A stretch of 64,000 nucleotides of DNA from Minutocellus sp. GHC0000111. Taxonomy: Eukaryota. Position numbers and translations under genes: made by a program. Shown here one piece after another: positions 21,364 to 33,654 of the stretch. How positions within the stretch are numbered: the stretch's first letter is position 1; each line of letters opens with the position of its first letter. The stretch lies in contig OZ361258.1 of assembly GCA_977018835.1 (NCBI GenBank), positions 3,162,001 to 3,226,000 of the forward strand, given 5' to 3'. The notes beneath the pieces are model-generated. The model did not search any database. It had not been told where the DNA came from and saw only the letters and a program-made list of their open reading frames with translations.

Positions 21364-24090
21364 TTAATCCTCGCTCTCAGACTCGGGAGCTACCTTCTTC
21401 GTGCTAGTAGTTTTCTTGGTTGACGTTACCTTGGTCGAGGTAGTTTTTGTTGGGGCTTTCTTCTCAGCACCAGTTGATGTAGAAGTAGTCTTCTTCACAA
21501 GATCAACCATGCCGACAGTAGGCGTCGTCTTTGTTACCGTCGACGATGTTCCGCTGGTCTTCTTCCCGGCGGTACTCGTCGTGGCTGCCGTCGTTTTGGT
21601 AAAAGTAGTTTTGGTGTTACCATCCGCTGTAGTCTTCGTTACGGAAGATCCCTTCGCGGCGGCTTTGGCGGCGCTGCTCGAGACAACCTTTTTCGTCGTT
21701 GAAACGGGCTTCTTTGCAGGAGCTGCCTCCTCTTCTTCGCTGCTATCGGCTTCCTCTTGCTCTTCCTCTTCGCTTACATCGTCATCTTCAGATGTATCCT
21801 CATCGTCGGCAGATTCTTCGTCGCCGCTCTCCTCGCTATCGGCCTCCTCATCCTCTTCTCCGGACTGGGCACTATTGTCGGCATCTTGTGACTCGCTCTC
21901 ATCGGCCTGACCATCTTCCGAACCACTGTCTTCTTCAACTTTCTCTTCATCACTGCCACTCTCCTCTTCCTCTTCCTCTATATTTTCCTCCTCCTCCTCC
22001 TCCTTCTTGACATCATCGCTCGATGCATTCTTATCGTCGTCTCGTGATTCATCGCCAGATAGCTCGCTCTCACTGATCTCGTCATCCGGCTGCTCTTTCG
22101 ATTGAAACTTGGGTGCCAATGGTGGTGTCTGAGGTTCCTGCGGAATTGGCTTCGGCTCGGGGGCGCCGGGATTGCCAGCCGGCAAGACATTGCCCGGCTG
22201 CTCTCCAGTCGTCCCGATCTTGGGCTTATCCTTCAACATATACTTCAGCTTGGCGGCGACCGCATCCTCCCATGCTCGAAATCCATCCTCGGTGGGATGG
22301 CCACGCACGGAAATCATATTGGACTTGAGGATCCATGCACCACGGCCGGATCGGGAGGCAAAAATGTCGGTGGCGTCAAAGTAGGTGATATGGTCGTGAC
22401 GTTCAGCAAACCGACGCAAATTGTTATTGATAACGTTGATCGCAGGCCAGAGCGGAGTCTCACTCTGCCGCACAAACAACTTCTTGGGATCACGGCGCTT
22501 GTAAGTAGTCTTATCGCGCATAATGGGATTAATAGCGTCCTTTCGGAGCCGCTGGGCCAACTGCTTGTTCATGAATGCCTGGCGCTTCTTGAGAAGTTCT
22601 TGCATCCTAGCACGTTTCTCCGCAAGTTCAGCTTGGCGCTTTTGCTCCGGCGTTAGCTTTGCAGTGGACTTTCTGCCAGCAAGCCGGCGAGTTCGCAGAT
22701 GCTTGGGGAATTTATTGCCCCGCCCCTTGTCGGCTGCATCGTCGTCATCCTCCTTTTCTCCCTGAATGGCCTTGGAGGGCTTGCGAGCAATGTGCGACGA
22801 GTCGACAGTTACAGTCGGCCGAGGACCAAAGATGCGACCACGGCCAATACCGCGAGAGGGGATGTTGACACTGTTTCGAAAAGCATCCTTGTAATCATTC
22901 TGAAGAGGGAAAGCCCCGCTGCGTACATCGGTCATTGGCAGCAACGAATTGATGACAATCTTGGCATCGGGCTTCTTCATACGAATTTCTTCCACGACTC
23001 TGAGGATGCCCATGATGACCACCTCCTCGGAGCACTGCATCCTCGCCAAATCATTCATACCCATGGAAATCCACCAAACTCTGGGATTGAACGCATCGGG
23101 CATCTCGCCGTGCATCAGGCGCCATAGAACATTAGCCGACGCATCCCCGGCAATTCCGAGAGGCACCGCTTCGAGGGGTGCTCCATAGCGCTTCTGGAAA
23201 CGCTTGTTGAACATCTTGGCCAACGATTCCAGATGCTCGCCCTGGATTATAAAGATAATGTCAGAAGGTTTTGGTTGGTTGAGATTGAATGTGCACAAGC
23301 AAAATAAATGAAGATATACTACAACAGAACATGCATTCCGGAGAAATTATGCAGCTGGTGAATGAAACAGGCCACACACGCTATGCAATATTTCCATATT
23401 TCCGCATATGCTATGCAATAATATATCCATAACTAACTACATGTAAATAACACAACCAAATGCAAGCACCGCACTCACCTGCGTCATACCCAACCATCTG
23501 CCATCCATCTCCTCGATAAGAGATTCTCCCAAAAATGCCACATCTACGTCCGATTCCGGACTATAAGGATCCGTATAGCGATTGATGAGACGCTTGTTGG
23601 CGGCATGGGCCTTGCTCCAGCTCTTGTATTCTCCTCTGTCGGCCGGAACGAGAGGATCTTCGCATCTGCAAGAAGAATCGTCGCCCGCCAAACACCAATG
23701 ACTAATATCTCCCGCCTTGAGATCATACTGGGAGTTGACGTTGGTCCAATCATGTTCGACGACGCCCACCTCAGCAGTGGGATCCAGCAGGTACATGAGG
23801 CCGTAAGCCATGCCAATGAAAGCCAGCAAAGTTAGAATCCAACCGCATTTCGGACTCGACTGAAAGGTCAGCCAGCAGCACGCCGACAGATAACCGCAGC
23901 ATCCCAACCCGCCGTGCGAGGAGTAGTACGACTTGTGCCGGTCGGCGTATGTGTAGGTGCTGGATGTGCTGGCAAAGGCCGACTGGGCGACCGATTTCGA
24001 TGGCGAATTACCGCCGCCGCCATTGCCGAGCAAATCGTCGAGATCGGAATCCAGACCAGGACCGCCCGCTGTGCCGTGGGACTGTGCCAT
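21364..24090 (-). CDS. Membrane-anchored SGNH/GDSL (PAF-acetylhydrolase 1b-like) protein with acidic and Thr/Lys-rich tail, 829 aa; exons 24090-23479 and 23241-21364 (copy 1)
   Basis: Phase-0 intron CAG|GTGAGT...CAG|GGC. Blocks VAFLGESL, LGIAGD, GMND and RGHP are present, with an N-terminal TM (WILTLLAFIGMAYGLMYLL). Confidence 0.85.
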
Positions 24091-24634
24091 GGTGTTTGTG
24101 TGTTGTATCAAACAAATAAATGAGAGTACTCTTCGCCGAGGTTAGCAGTTTGGGTAGTTTGTTTGCCTTGCGAACGCAAAGGAGAGTTTTTATGCCCCCC
24201 CGCGAGCAATGATGAGAAGATGGAAGAGGAACACCCAACGCGCAGCAATCGAATGCCGCAAGGCTTTGCTTGTTTATGCTGAAATTAAAAGCGGATACAC
24301 AGGCGTCGAAGTAACTCAGCACGTGCAACCACAGCCAGCGAGTGAGGGAAGATACGACCACCGGCACGTGTTGTGTTCGCTGAAATTTTGTTTCCATTTT
24401 ATTTAACGGCTTTTCCATTGACCCCTAAAATGGTATGAATTTTGACCCTCGGCCCCACTCCCCACTGGTCCGCCCAATTATTCCAAGTGCAATGCACCGG
24501 ATAGAGAGATCAAAGACTCCAACAAAGTTTACATGCTACTCCTAGAGTGATCTCTAAACCTAAACCTTGAACGTTATTCACGCCTGGCCACCAAGAAGAA
24601 AAATGTGCACATCATGCAACACCTCATTCTCATC

Positions 24635-25611
24635 TCATATGGAATCCCTCCTGCCAATGAATTCTGGAATGCCGACGCCTCTTTCCTCCTCCAATTCTTG
24701 CCCTTGTGCTCCATCATCCTTTTTCTGGTCTTCTATACATCGTCGCACACCCTCCCAAACACCACGAAGGTTCATCGGTTGAAAGCTTGCAATTTTGATA
24801 ACCGTTTTGGAACTGCTCGTTACCAAGCCCATCAGCTTCTTCTTGGAGGGATCACGGCCACAATGTACGTCAAGGGCAGCACGCATCCATCATATCTAAC
24901 CACCTGATCTTCTTCGCCGTCGTCATTCTGGATGAGATAGGCACCCTCCAGGGAATGCTCTTCCACATCCACCGATAGTTTTCTTTGGTTGACAGACTCA
25001 AGCACGGCCGTGCTGTATTCGGATTTGGTCTTGTAGAGCTTGAGCATTGGGCCTGCGCCATTTGCAAGGATTCCACCCACCACGGCATATTGCTTTCGCC
25101 ATTCCTTGAGGGATTTGGGCCAAGTCATCTCGTCTCCCTCCTTTCCGATATGTACCAGCACATTGTCTTCAGCATTGTGAATGTACGACCACGGTGGGCA
25201 GTAGAAGAACAGCTTCATGGGACGCTTCGCTTGTCTCAACAATTGAAGGGCAATGTGCTTATCGGCTGCATCTTCTTCGTTGACCTTGCACAGCACATGG
25301 CCCTTGTCAATGCCCGCCTGATATCCCGCCGAACCGTCAAAGAGAAATGTCACGACGGGTCGGTTTCGCAGCTCCCAGGTTATCTCTCGATCGGCCGGAG
25401 AAAGCAGAACTCCATCGACCTCTCGCGCGTCATAAAATAGAATGCCCAGGGATGGTGCGTCGATGGTAATCTCGTAATAATCCCCTCCCATGGGCAATTC
25501 GAACGCCATACTCTCGCGTTTGCTCATGGAATGTCTTCGAGGAATTGCGCGTGTTGTACCGGGCTGGTCATCGTTGCTGTGGTTGTCTTCTCCTTTGACT
25601 TTTGCGCTCAT
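24635..25611 (-). CDS. PDZ-like plus PH-like domain protein with an apparent frameshift near 24850 (copy 1)
   Basis: SLGILF...DGSAGYQAGIDKGHVLCKVNEE...RPMKLFF is PDZ-like. WRKQYAVV...LKLYKT is PH-like and continues in another frame as SKKKLMG...VIKIAS...WEGVRRCIE. Confidence 0.65.
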
Positions 25612-26348
25612 ATTCGTGGATCTGATGCCGACGATAGGGATCAAACGAATAAGCAGATAATACCCCGAAGAGAAAGAAGCAACGCATCAGCAGCGTTCAG
25701 TCAGTGTGCTTAGGATAGGCCACGCCGTTGCTTGCTTTGTGCTGGCGTGGTTCGTCGCCTTGTGTCCCTTGGCTCGTCGCCTTGAACTTGTGCTTGCTTG
25801 CCCACCAGATCAATGATGACCCCGCGGCCCGCGCGCCTCTCGGCCGCCGCAGCATCCCGCCCTTTTTGCAACTCAAGCGCAAAGAGATATCGGTACATGC
25901 CTCATAGGTCTAGTCAATGACTACTTTTCAATTAGTTCAATACATTTTCAATTTACTCCTATATTTGAATTCTTCTAAAAATTAACGATGATACAAAGGC
26001 AGGAGAAACGAGTTCTCTCCCTGAAATAAATTGACTTGATTTGAATGATGAATAGTAATGATAGTACGACATGAACACGACAATGTCACAAGATTTTTCT
26101 GATGTTTGGTTCCCACGATAAATAAATAATGATAGATAGTAATAATAAACATTTCAATGTTGAATGTTGATGATGATGATGCGATACGCCATTGCGTTGT
26201 CGAAAGGGCGGAAGATGGGGGAGTTGTTATTACCCCGCGTTTTCGACATTTTGACAGGCAGTTCTTCTCTAATAAGCACATGTGTATCGATTGGAAAGAC
26301 AAAGTACGATCGCAGATACGAAGTAGGATCAGCCGGAGGACAGTCGAC

Positions 26349-29300
26349 TCAGTAGTATTGATTCTGATACTGATACTGCTGCTGGCCCTGATTATGGTAG
26401 TGCTGATGGTGCGGATTTGAGTACTGCTGATGCTGATGTTGGTGGTTGTATTGAGGATAATATCGACCACCACCGCCAGCTCCACTGCCATCCATGTTGT
26501 TTGGCGGGCCTTGATGGTGCTGCTGCTGCCGAACTCGCTTATGCTGCACCTTGAGGCGCTTGTTGCCAATCTGGTAACCATTCATCTCTTGAATGGCACT
26601 CTGAGCGGCGTCGGGAGAGTCATACGAGACGAAGCCAAATCCCTTGGATTCGCCCGTGTTCCTATCGACATACACCTTGGCCGATATGACATTCCCGAAC
26701 GGAGCAAAGGCCGAGACCAGATCTGGATCGGTCAAATCGTGAGGCAGGTGATAAATGAAGAGGTTGGCTCCCGGTGGACCCTCCCGAGGCCGAGGACCGG
26801 TATCGGCACCGCCGCCACCACCGCCAGCGCCGTAGCTGCTACCGCTTCCTCCTCCGCCATACTGAGCACCGGAATTGGCATGCCCATCGGCAGTCTCACC
26901 ATCACCTCCATATGATCCTTGCCCATGATGGTAAGGTCGGCGGTCACCACCTCCTGGAGAATACTGGTGGTGCTGGTGGTGCTGATGATGAGGGCTTCCG
27001 TACATTCCCTCATTGTAACCACTGCTTCCCATAGGACCTCGCTGGTTATGATACGATTGAGAACCATATCCACCACCACCTGTCGATGAGGAGGCCGTAT
27101 CCGAGATCTTGTGCTGCACCTTGAGCCTCTTCGGACCGATCTGATAGCCGTTCATCTCCGCGATGGCACTTTCGGCTGCTTCGCAGTTATCATACGAAAC
27201 AAAGCCAAAGCCCTTGGACTCGCCGGTATGCCGATCGATGTAAACCGAGGCCGAAATAACGTTGCCATACGGAGCAAAGGCCTCAGCCAGATCCGAGTCG
27301 TTGAAGTCGTGCGGCAAATGATAGATGAAGAGGTTGGCACCTTGCGGACCTTCCCTTGGTCGCGGCCCGCCTGTGCCTGCGTCCGGACCAAAGATATTGC
27401 CTCCACTGCCATGGCCGGCGTAGTCGCCTCCGAAACTGCCAGAATTTTGGTACTGGGGAGGCTGTTGTTGTTGATGTTGATGCATGGCGTCGCCTCGATC
27501 GGATGGAGACAGCTGAGGTGGAGCGGGAGGGAGAGGTCCCATGTCGACGCCAGGATTGCCCTGCTGACCACCCTGACCGATAGAGGATGGATCACTACTC
27601 GTTGGAGTCGACGGGGGGTGCAAGGCGCCGGCGCTGGTGCCATTGGAAGAGGGAGGAGAAGACTTATCGTCGGCATACTCGACGACTATCGGGTTGGGCA
27701 TGCCGGGACAAGTGAAGGTCCCTCCGCTCAGACCAGCCATCACTGCCTTGGTATCCTCTCGGGTCTTCATCCACACAAAGGCACAGCCCTTCTTTGATCC
27801 ATCATGATTGCACAGCAAGACTACCGAATGCACCTGTCCGTACGGTTCGATCATGGCCTTGATTTCCTTCTCGCCGTAGTCCTTGGACAGTGTGCCAACA
27901 AACAGCTTGCGCCTGTCGTAGTATTGCTGCGGATCGGAGGTGGCGTTTGCATGCTGCGGCTCGTCGGCGAACCGTACCTGCAGCGTCCTCTTGGCGGAAT
28001 GATTCCATCTCTGAGGATCGAACGGCAGAGTTCCGTGGACCTTGTCCATGGCCCTTTGGGCATCTTCCACCTTTTGGTACGTTACAAAGGCACATCCCCG
28101 ATGGCCGTTGGAGTATCGGTCACGAATGATGGAGATGTCGGCCAGTGGCCCGTACGGACCAAAGATGGGGATGAGGTCCGACTCGGTCATTCGCTTGGGC
28201 ACCTGACCAACAAAGAGCTTGGCGTTGACGTTGGTGGGCGCTGATCCGGTTGTCGTCGAGTTATCTTCCAAAGTCCCGGATCTTGCTGCAGCCGCCGTGG
28301 CCAGGGAGGATGAACTTGGGGCAGACTCTTGTATCTCGGGCATAACACTGGTAGGAGCAGCTGCCACTGCAGGTGCCGCCGTACTGCGTTGCTGTGGCTG
28401 CAGAGTGGCCGGCGACCTTGGCGACCTGGCCGCCGTCACGGCAGATGAGAGGGACGACATGGACGGAATGACCAACTTCTCGGGTAGGATGCCTGGAGTT
28501 TCGTTGGTAGAGCCTTGCTGCTGTTGGTTGGGAAAATGATGGTGATTTCTCGAGGGCGTGGAAGTCAATGCAGCCATTGGGCTGTAAGGTGCTTGTTGTT
28601 GTTGCTGATGATGATTCTGACCGGGCATTGTCCCATACTGTTGTTGTTGACCTCCCACCCCTTGTATCTGCTGTTGTTGCTGCTGACGATGCGACGGCGA
28701 TGGTATGGGCGCAAACGGACTGAGCTGGACATTGTTACTGCCACTACTGCTATGGCCACCAATCGGCCCACCAAATTGCAACTGACTGCTGCTCCTGCCG
28801 CCACCGGTGCCGCCTGTACCTCCACTAGCGGCCGATACCGCCGAGATCCCCCCGACCGACATGGACGACAGCGGCCGTTGTCCACCGATGGGAGTCGGTG
28901 CGGGCGTAATGTTGCTGCCCAGACTCAAATTTTTGTCGAGACTCGTGCTCAATCCCAGCAATACGTCGGTTGAGGACGAATTGGCGTGGTGGTTGTTGTT
29001 ACTGCCAAAACCGATGATGCCACTCCCAGCACCACCACTACCAGGACTGTTGTGACTCGAAGAGGTTGATGTAGCCTCGTGAATGACACCACCTCCACCA
29101 CCTCCCGCACCAAACGACATGGAGGATAAATCGAGTCCTTCCTCTAAAACCGAGTTGGGACAACAACTACTACCACCGCCAATAATGCCAGAACTAGTGC
29201 TGGTAATCCCCCAACCTCGGCCAAAAAGGTCCTTGTTCTGTTAATGTTGGGAGTCCCCCCAAGACTGGCAGAGCCAGACGAAGTGACGAACCCGACGGCA

Positions 29301-30082
29301 CTGGCCGGCCGACTTCCACCACCATTACTGATTGCAACACCGCTCGCACCTGGAAGAATAGTCGTGCCCACGCCAGCGGCATGACCGAGGACTCCGCCAG
29401 GCGAGGAAAGCGTTCGGGCTCGATTGAACTCAAAGTGACTCGGCGTGCTGGGAGTCGTCCGACCCAAGATACCGGTGCCAATATTGGTCCCCAGCGAAAG
29501 GGACGACGTGCTGCCCCAAAATTTATGAGGACCCGGCGAAGTTCCTGCAGCGGCATTCGCCGAACTCGACACCATGTTCGTATTCGTGCTGGCCAGAGTC
29601 GAGGCAGTCTGGGCCGTGTCGGTCGTGACAGTTCGGGCTCTGCCTGGTACGCCGCCGCTGCTGGCCGAATTATTGATACAGCCGCCGCCACCTCCGCCGA
29701 GACCATACAGGACGCTGTTCATGTTTTCCGACGTAACGTTGATAGCACTGTTATTGTGTGTATTAAGTGTATCAAAGTTATTACCGGTACCAGTGCCAGA
29801 AGAAGCACTCATGCCCCGAAAGGGCGAAAGCGGCACGTCGTCCTCGTCGTAATTCTCTGCAAATCCGTATCCTCCTCCACTTGCCAAATGATTTATGTTC
29901 GAGTTGTTGCCATTATTATTATTGGAAGTGTTATTGGCATACGAAGGCAAGAGCGAGGAGATGTGATCGTGATGTTCAGGGTTGTTATTCGTGGTACTCG
30001 TGGTAGTATCTTGACTTCCATTCGCAAATGTTCTTTCCTGCTCGATTCCCGCCCCCGCCACTGGATGCAGCTCGGACTGCAT
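26349..30082 (-). CDS. CELF/Bruno-like RNA-binding protein with 4 RRMs and a long disordered N-terminus; apparent frameshift near 29210 (copy 1)
   Basis: RRM1 KLFVGQVP...[11 protein letters not shown]2 KLFVGTL...KGCAFV, and two copies of [14 protein letters not shown]...[10 protein letters not shown]...[10 protein letters not shown]. The upstream 312-codon ORF has the same Ser/Gly/Asn composition and overlaps the open downstream frame. Confidence 0.85.
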
Positions 30083-30593
30083 ATCACGTGCCGGTTCTGC
30101 TTATGAAACGAAGATACACGCGAGTTATGTGCTTGGAATGTGAGTTAACGAAGGTACATGGATAAATCTTTCGTTCGACGTGGTGTCAGTTGAGTTTGTC
30201 AAAGGAAATAGCACGGCCGGGCCCGACGAAGGACCGAAGGGTTGCTATGGGCGGGGTGGGTGAGCGGTTCTCTTCTTTCGTCGAACAGTGACGGATCTTG
30301 CTTCTGCCGCAGCAAGCATCCAAACGTTTTTGAATTGGAGGTTAGAACTATACTAATATGATACTTTAATAAATTATCACGAGTATTTTGGTAGTCGCCT
30401 GTAAACGACCATTTTAATAAGAATTATAAAAAATACAAGATATATTTTATTGGACAGCTAAATTGTAGATGCGAGTTTTTTGGCGGTCGTTGAGCTCATA
30501 TCCTTTTGGGGCTCATGACCTGATACATACTTGATGAAGAAACAATCGGCGACAGGCGGTTGCCAGACGAAGAAGGAATTAGAAATAGATGTA

Positions 30594-30770
30594 CAGTCCG
30601 TTCTCACCTATAAGCAATTGGTAATTGCTTAGGTGAGGGCTGAGATTCTGAGCATATTGCTTATTCTAAGAGCTTATTGGTACCTCATTTGCATGTTATT
30701 CCTTATTCCAAAATAAGCAATTTTAGACCTCGGGCCGGAGTCTCAATTGCTTATAGGTGAGAACGGACTG
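30594..30770. mobile_element. 177-bp MITE of the Tc1/mariner superfamily (copy 1)
   Basis: Perfect 27-bp TIRs (CAGTCCGTTCTCACCTATAAGCAATTG), TA on both sides (30592-30593, 30771-30772) and an AT-rich non-coding interior. Confidence 0.88.
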
Positions 30771-30987
30771 TACATGTAGATCTACTTTTTTCACCTTTGG
30801 TATACATGGAAATGGATTTAACTGCATCACAACATAAAATGAAGGGAGATAACCAAACTTGATAGATCTACCGGTACATGTAGATCTACATGTACATGTG
30901 ACAGAGACTGCCAGCAAAATAAAATATTTCTTTTCTTTATGTTATCGAATATGCAGCTTTTCAAACATCGAACCGCACAATACTCAC

Positions 30988-31206
30988 TTAGTTGCCAACC
31001 AAAATGTTGTTGATGGGGATGTGAATGAGCTTGACGAAGAAACCAATAAATCCCATGATAGCAAAACCGACGCCGGTGGCCTTGGCAATCGCCGTGAATT
31101 CCTTCCGGTCGGGCTTGGTGCACTTCTTCACCAGGTGCATGGAATCCTTGGCAAACTGCCGGAGGGGCTCAATGACGTTTTCTTGGAATCCTTCTTCGCC
31201 GGCCAT
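30988..31206 (-). CDS. SEC61G: Protein translocon Sec61 gamma subunit (copy 1)
   Basis: [25 protein letters not shown]...[25 protein letters not shown]. Confidence 0.96.
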   Translation of the reverse strand: MAGEEGFQENVIEPLRQFAKDSMHLVKKCTKPDRKEFTAIAKATGVGFAIMGFIGFFVKLIHIPINNILVGN

Positions 31207-32141
31207 CTTTGCAGGTTTATAGTGATATCAACCGACTGAGAAGCATATGCCAACAAATAAATAGGAGTAGCATGTATCCGCCCGACCAAAGCCAGAAGTA
31301 CCGTACCACACGCCGAACCGACCGCAACGCAAATGATACCAACGCCGAGCAGAGTCCAGTCCGACAATTGAAATGACACCGCCAATAGAGACCCAATGCC
31401 AAAGGAAACCGCCGATTCAATTGTTCAGCCAACCACCCGCGGTGGGGATAAAGGGGGTAATTTTTGTGTGAGTTGAAGAAATAAACACAAGACACAAAAG
31501 AAAACACGCGACAGCCGCTTTGCCGATAGCCCCGAGGAATTATTTCCCCACAAAGCAATCTCTGTTGAAAAATACGAGCGGTCCCCAATTTGATGAACCT
31601 CCTTGGACCGACAAACGCCATGCCAGTATGCATGCAGCCGACCGCCGACCCTCCAGTCCCGAGGTTTCGTGCGTGCGTGCGTGTGTGTGGTCCGGAGAAA
31701 CATTATGTGCCGATCGTCGCGGGTTATACCACCAGCACATATTTCGTCCGGTCTTGCATGCGCCAATTGATCTGCAAAGGTATCCTCGCCATCCATTCAC
31801 CGGTCGCCTGATCAGCCGACGCCACGTTCATTCGTTCGGTACCTCCTCACCTTGCTTGTCCGTTTTATGTTTTGCTTGCTTGCCCGGTCTTTTCGGCTTG
31901 CGTTGCTTTGACTTGCCTAACCTCCGCGTGGCGACAAATTCCTTACCCCGAAAACTAGACAAACGCAACAAAGAGATCTTACACCAGAAACGGTCGACAG
32001 ACAGGCCACTTTTGCCCGCCATCGAAATCAGCACGCACATCTCACATCCCAGCCAAAGGAGAAGAGGTCGGCCCAAGGCATAAAGCAGATCTCCATCGCG
32101 TCTCCACCCTCTGATCAGCCCAAACATATAGCAAACACATC

Positions 32142-32522
32142 ATGGAGGAGGAAAAGGCCCAACGGCTGCACGACACCCTGGCCAAGCTCCGCAAGGGCAA
32201 CGGTTTGGGCACTTCCTCCCACTTCAATTTCGGTGGACCGTCGGCGGATGGTCCCATCGTCACCAAGAAGGATGCCAATGGCAATTTGGTGAGGGAAGAT
32301 GGTCTGCCGATGAACGGGCTGTATTCCAACTTTGTGCGCGAGGGTGCTGCCTACGATCCGAAAAAGAGTGCGCAGCTCAAGTATGGCGACGGACGGGCCA
32401 TCAAGCGCAACTTTGACGATTGCAAGGGTGGAAGCGATAGTGATAGCAGCGATAGTGATGGGAGGCTCAGTATGACGTACTTTACCTCATCCACCGAACC
32501 AAATGCCGTTGAAATGTTCTGA
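32142..32522 (+). pseudogene. Truncated chimeric Lys-rich gene, copy 2
   Basis: Same as 16847-17227, but with its full upstream region. Confidence 0.85.
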
Positions 32523-33395
32523 ATTGCCACAGTGGGTGTATCATGATCGTTTGGAATACTCGTCATCATCTGTTTGGAGTAAATTGGCAACCATGGGACG
32601 AAATCAATACTGGAGGGGAGATGACGAGCAGAATCCACCAGCCTTGGTTGTACTTGTCAGTGTGTCGAATGGCAATGGATTGTCGTTATTGAAAACGTCT
32701 GCAATGCTCATCCTTCCACTCCTGGTTATATGTCAGGGCGGAATTGCATAAGTTTCAATACCATTTGGCCACATAGCACAACTTGTTGCACCCGAACTAA
32801 TTGCACCGCCCATCCCACCGCCAAAGAAATGTAGGGAAATTTTTTTACCAGTCACTCAACGGGGGGCTTCCTGACACTCGAACCACCGATGGAGCATATC
32901 AATCGCTCGAGTATAACATCAGTGAAAAAATCACCAAAGTTATCGAGGGTACTCCATCGGCTTGGTCCTCATCTATCGTCAGGTCTTCCGCGAGGGACGG
33001 CGTCCTGGCAAAAGCCACGTCAGATTTTGGGACATCCAGCGGTGTTTGGCCACTCTTGTGCACCCGATCTCAATAACACGGCCACACCAACACTTGATGC
33101 AACCATCAAAGCGAGCCTTCAAGTGGTCCATCGTCGGTTTACTGTCATCCATTCGACCTTCACCACGTATTTTCTGTGCAATTGTAGGCATGAATTTCTT
33201 GGTGGAGGTCGATGACACAGTGCCGCTCGGCGAATTTCGGGATTTCCATCTCATAACTGCTCAGTCTTTTCTTTCTGGCATCAAGCTGCACCTATACCCG
33301 AGGCGCCCCGAGGTTGGGATGACAATTCCTCATCGTCTTGGTGGTCTTCTGGGTCCAAGTGACCGAGCTGCGCGCTACTTTGGAGATGTGCTCAT
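32460..33395 (-). pseudogene. Decayed membrane protein gene (copy 2)
   Basis: Copy of 17165-18100. Confidence 0.4.
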
Positions 33396-33654
33396 GTCGC
33401 CGCCTGATGACTGGACGGTATTTCCGGGTTTCTCTGACGGCTTCTAAAAAATGGAATGCAAGCACTAATTTCTTACGTCACTGGACGCCCTTTAGTGCTT
33501 TTTGCGTATCTTTCCTCTCGCAGCCACGCAGCCAAGTCGGCTCATTGTTTGCATTACCGCCCAGCCATTACCATCCCACCACCCCACCTCCTCCTGAACT
33601 GATCTCTGCGGCTCATTTATCAGAGGAGGAAAATGGCCGGTCATTTGTCGACTT

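Noticed and set aside
24555..24566. TAAACCTAAACC telomere-like motif
   Set aside because: Only two imperfect units, consistent with chance.
31217..32127. Overlapping 70-190 aa ORFs between SEC61G and the Lys-rich gene
   Set aside because: No recognisable motifs or codon bias; more likely a divergent promoter/UTR region.
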